DNA from: Deltaproteobacteria bacterium
GTDB lineage: Bacteria; Desulfobacterota; GWC2-55-46
NCBI GenBank assembly: GCA_015075075.1
Contig: JABTVA010000002.1
Location: forward strand, 65,985-129,984
Length of the DNA stretch: 64,000 nt
Reading direction: 5' to 3'
Shown here: positions 60,753 to 64,000 of the stretch, in pieces
How positions within the stretch are numbered: position 1 is the first letter of the stretch
Layout of the letters: each line of letters starts with the position of its first letter
The notes under the pieces: generated by a model
What the model was told of the DNA's origin: nothing
Database searches by the model: none
The model's input: the letters and a program-made list of their open reading frames with translations, nothing else
Translations under genes and position numbers: made by a program

Positions 60753-61678
60753 CAGAGATGCGCCCTGTCGTATTCAGGAACAGGGATGGGCTTGCCCTCC
60801 ACGGGATTCTACACATGCCCGCCGGAAAGCCCCGGCAGCAGGGCATAATCATCTTGAGCCCGGGGATAAAGAGCAGGGTCGCGCCGCACAGGCTTTATGT
60901 AAAGATGTCCCGGCGCTTCGTGGAGCTCGGATACGCCGTTCTGAGGTTCGACCCGGCCGGCATGGGCGACTCGGAGGGAGAGATTGACGAAAGGTTCGCA
61001 GCCGACGTCTACGGCTCCATCCAGGTGGGCCGGTTCGTGGGCGACACCGTGGCGGCAATGGACTGGATGCAAAAGGAGCTCGGCATAAAGAGCTTCATCC
61101 TTTCAGGCCTCTGCGGCGGGGCGATAACGGGGCTCCTGGCCGGCGCGGGCGATAACAGGGTGGATTCTCTCCTGGGGCTCGGCATCCCGGTGATACTTGA
61201 CGGCTCGAAGGTGGACAAGTCCAAGTTCCTTACGAAAAGCCAGACCCAGAGCATAAAAAGAGACTACCTGCGGAAGGTCTTCGACTTGAGGGCCTGGGGC
61301 CGCCTCCTTTCGTTCAGGAGCGACTACAAGCTCCTTTTCAGGGTCTTTGCCGGGGGCAAGGGCAAGGGTGCCGCGGAAGGACAGCCGCCTTCCGCAGCCG
61401 GCTCCGGCGAGCAGGGCAACTTCAATTCCCTCTTCCCCGGGGCCTTCGAGGGCATGTCCCGCTCAAGGAGGATATGCCTCATATTCAGCGAGGCCGACAG
61501 GCTTTACTGGGAGTTCGAGGAGAAATTCGCGAACAACCACAAGGACGCCGTCGCAAGGGCCGGCAAAAACCTCGAGATACATATAACCAGGAACGCTAAC
61601 CACGTCTTCACCTTCAAAGAGTGGCAGGATAGCGCCTTTGATACAATGTGCGGCTGGCTTTCGAGGAACTACAGATGA
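60734..61678 (+). CDS. alpha/beta hydrolase, exosortase-A-system-associated (hydrolase 2, paralog)
   Basis: 314 aa with a GLCGG elbow. Paralogous to the preceding gene. Confidence 0.65.
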   Translation: MAGTAITEMRPVVFRNRDGLALHGILHMPAGKPRQQGIIILSPGIKSRVAPHRLYVKMSRRFVELGYAVLRFDPAGMGDSEGEIDERFAADVYGSIQVGRFVGDTVAAMDWMQKELGIKSFILSGLCGGAITGLLAGAGDNRVDSLLGLGIPVILDGSKVDKSKFLTKSQTQSIKRDYLRKVFDLRAWGRLLSFRSDYKLLFRVFAGGKGKGAAEGQPPSAAGSGEQGNFNSLFPGAFEGMSRSRRICLIFSEADRLYWEFEEKFANNHKDAVARAGKNLEIHITRNANHVFTFKEWQDSAFDTMCGWLSRNYR

Positions 61679-61706
61679 ACGGTTCAGCGGCTGGGGCGCA
61701 TAAGGT

Positions 61707-62545
61707 TTGGCAGTCCGGGCACGCGCCAGAGACCGGGACCCGGAGAAGGGAGCTTTTTTCTTGAAACAATTGCTCAAATCGGTGCTTAAGGCACTGGGCC
61801 TGCTTGAATTCGCCAAAGCGGCCTATTACCGCAGGAAGAAGACCGCAAGAGAGGTACTGGGCATAAGGAGGCGCTTCTGGACCACCTCTCCTTCACTTTA
61901 CAGGAGGGTCGTGAAGTCGGGAGGCGAACAGTATCAGCTCGAGCGCTTCCTGCAGAACGTGAAGGCAGGAGACACCGTGTGGGATGTCGGCTCGTACGTC
62001 GGCATATATTCCATATTCTCGAGCCACCCCGCGGGCCGCGACGGGGCTGTCTACGCATTCGAGCCGGAGCCGGCAGCGCATGCGCTGCTTAACGGGAACA
62101 TCGCGCTTAACGGGATAGGGAACGTCAAACCGATGCGAATGGCCCTGAGCGACAGTAACGGAAAGGGCAGGATATACTCCGCGCTCACGGACGCCGTTGC
62201 GATCCACAGCTTGAGGCACTACGCAAGCCTTTCCGAATCAGGCTTCGAGATAGACCTCGCGACCGGCGACAGCCTTGTTCAAGAGGGCCGCGTCCCCCCG
62301 CCTGACGTCGTGAAAGTGGATGTCGAAGGGGCGGATTACCATGTCCTCAAGGGGATGCGCAGTGCGCTTTCCAGGCCGGAATGCAGGTTCCTGCTGATAG
62401 AGGTGCACCTAAGCTGCTACCCGGCTTCGGAGCAAGCGAGCGGGATGTCAGGCAGGCAATAAGGGAGGCCGGCTTCACGGTCGACGAGGAACTGCAAAGG
62501 GGCGATGAAATCCACCTGATCTGCTCCAAACACCCGGGGCAATGA
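61707..62545 (+). CDS. FkbM-family methyltransferase (frameshift near 62430-62460)
   Basis: Motifs VWDVGSYVGIYS and AFEPEP. The C-terminus continues in another frame as ...DVRQAIREAGFTVDEELQRGDEIHLICSKHPGQ. Confidence 0.65.
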
Positions 62546-64000
62546 CCGGTTCGACGGAATTTAAGAAGCGGGCAGCCGGGTTCCTCTACGGCACCGGGGG
62601 GTCTTTGAAGACCCAGATGCTCCGCTCTGGTTTCTGGGTGGGCCTCTCAAGCCTTGGCAGCAACCTCCTGGTCCTTGCGCGCTCCATAGTGCTGGCGCGC
62701 ATACTTGCGCCGGAGGTCTTCGGCCTCATGGCCATATGCCTCGTGATCATCAGGAGCCTCGACCTTTTTACGGAGACCGGCTACGGCGCCGCGCTCATAC
62801 ACAGGCAGAAGGGGTTTGAAGAGGCCAAGGACACGGCGTTCACTCTTTTGGTCCTACGCGGCCTTGCGCTGACCGCTATAACGGTGCTCATCGCCCCCGT
62901 CGCCGCGTCTTACTACGAAATACCCCTCCTCGATGTGCTCGTCAAGGTGATAGCCCTGAGCTTCATAATAGGTGGGTTCTACAACATAAACGCCGTCAGC
63001 TACCAGAAGAACCTCGACTTCAGGAGGCTCACCTACCTCGAGCTCCTTCAAAACGCCGCCAACACGGCGGCGGTGGTCGCAATGGCCTTCTATTTCAGGA
63101 GCGTATGGGCGCTGGTCATCGGGCACGTCACTGCGTCGGTCCTCGGCGTCGTAATCAGCTATATGCTCATACCTGGCAGGCCCAGGTTCAGGCTGGACCT
63201 CAATATCGCGAAGGAGCTCTTCGCCTACGGGAAGTTCATAACCGGCCTGACCATAGTCGTCTTTTTCACCATAGAGATGGGGACGTTCGTCATCGGCAAG
63301 GTCTCCGGGATGGAGGCACTCGGTTACTACGTCATCGCCTTCACGCTCGCGAACCTGCCCACCTCCCATTTCTCGAAAATAGTGTCCAGGATAGTCTTCC
63401 CCGTGTACAGCAAGCTCCAGGGCGACATGGCGCTTTTGAGGGAGACGTACTTCAAGGTGCTGAGGGTCGTAAGCATGGTCGCCATACCGGCGTCCGCCGG
63501 ACTGGCCGTGCTTTCGACCGAAATAATCGAGGTGGTTTACGGGAAAAACTGGCTCCCCGCGGCTGACGCGCTAAGGGTGCTCGCCCTGTTCGGCTGCATC
63601 AGGGCCATATCGTCGCTGAACGGGTACGTCTACAACGCCATAGGGAAGCCCGGCATAAGCTTCTACATCAACGCGATAAGGTTCGCGGTCTCCGCCGTGA
63701 TGATATACCCCATGACGCTCTGGTACGGCATAACTGGCGCGGCCCTGACCCTTACCTCGGCTATCGCGCTCGAATTCCTTATCGGCTCGGCCTACCTTTC
63801 ACGCACGATAGGCCTGCCGCTCCGAAAGGCCGGGGCCGGGCTGCTGAGGGCCACCCTTCTGAGCACCGGCATGGCCGCGGCCCTCTTCCATATCAAGGAC
63901 TACATGGACGTGAACGTCTATTCCCTCGTTGCGCTGGTCGCGGCCGGAGCGGGCATGTACATACTTTTCAACATCAGGGAGCTTTTCTCGATCTTCAGGG
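62543..64000 (+). CDS. Wzx-like polysaccharide flippase / MOP-superfamily protein (3'-partial, runs off window)
   Basis: ATG at 62543 overlaps the previous stop. At least 12 predicted TM helices, no stop before the window end. Confidence 0.7.

Overview
This is a 64 kb high-GC Gram-negative chromosomal segment in three blocks.

- Block 1 (about 1-15 kb, all minus strand): a lipid A / outer-membrane biogenesis supercluster. Gene order on the transcribed strand is bamA, skp, lpxD, fabZ, [131-nt palindromic element], lpxA, Gfo/Idh/MocA oxidoreductase (GnnA-like), lpxB, msbA, DUF374, waaA(kdtA), lpxK, lpxL, ending at a bidirectional terminator.
- Block 2 (15-27.4 kb, minus strand): lolD, lolC/E, lysS, alanine dehydrogenase, an HDAC-family amidohydrolase, a four-gene TolC / adaptor / ABC ATPase / FtsX-permease (MacAB-type) efflux system, an MTHFR C-terminal-domain-like zinc protein and folD.
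- Block 3 (27.7 kb to the end, plus strand): a small coiled-coil protein, a CPA2 K+/H+ antiporter, a strong terminator, a small Cys-containing ORF, tRNA-Arg(ACG), a SemiSWEET, acpS and a LuxR-type regulator, followed by a roughly 31 kb exosortase-A-type (XrtA-EpsI) exopolysaccharide island.

The island opens with a PilZ protein, a Wza-like exporter, an outer-membrane barrel, a chain-length determinant, a MinD-like ATPase with a degenerate J-domain, a BY-kinase and a priming glycosyltransferase. A RfaH-type NusG paralog follows, then a leader carrying an ops-like element (GGCGGTAGCCTG). The long operon behind it encodes AsnB-like amidotransferase, ACP, two acyl-CoA ligases, a WbuX-like amidotransferase, two polysaccharide deacetylases, XrtA-EpsI, an SGNH-like hydrolase, FemAB/CelD-like GNAT proteins, DegT, a GT2-GNAT fusion, ATP-grasp, PHP phosphoesterase, GT2, two alpha/beta hydrolases, an FkbM methyltransferase and a Wzx-like flippase that runs off the window.

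No mobile elements, CRISPR arrays or defence systems were recognised.

The sequence carries many apparent single-base indels, mostly in homopolymer runs. They split essential genes (msbA, bamA, lolE) as well as DUF374, the HDAC gene, the BY-kinase, the MinD-J protein, FkbM and the LuxR regulator. The most likely explanation is an uncorrected, error-prone assembly rather than real pseudogenes. Gene calls were therefore assembled by hand across the frame breaks.
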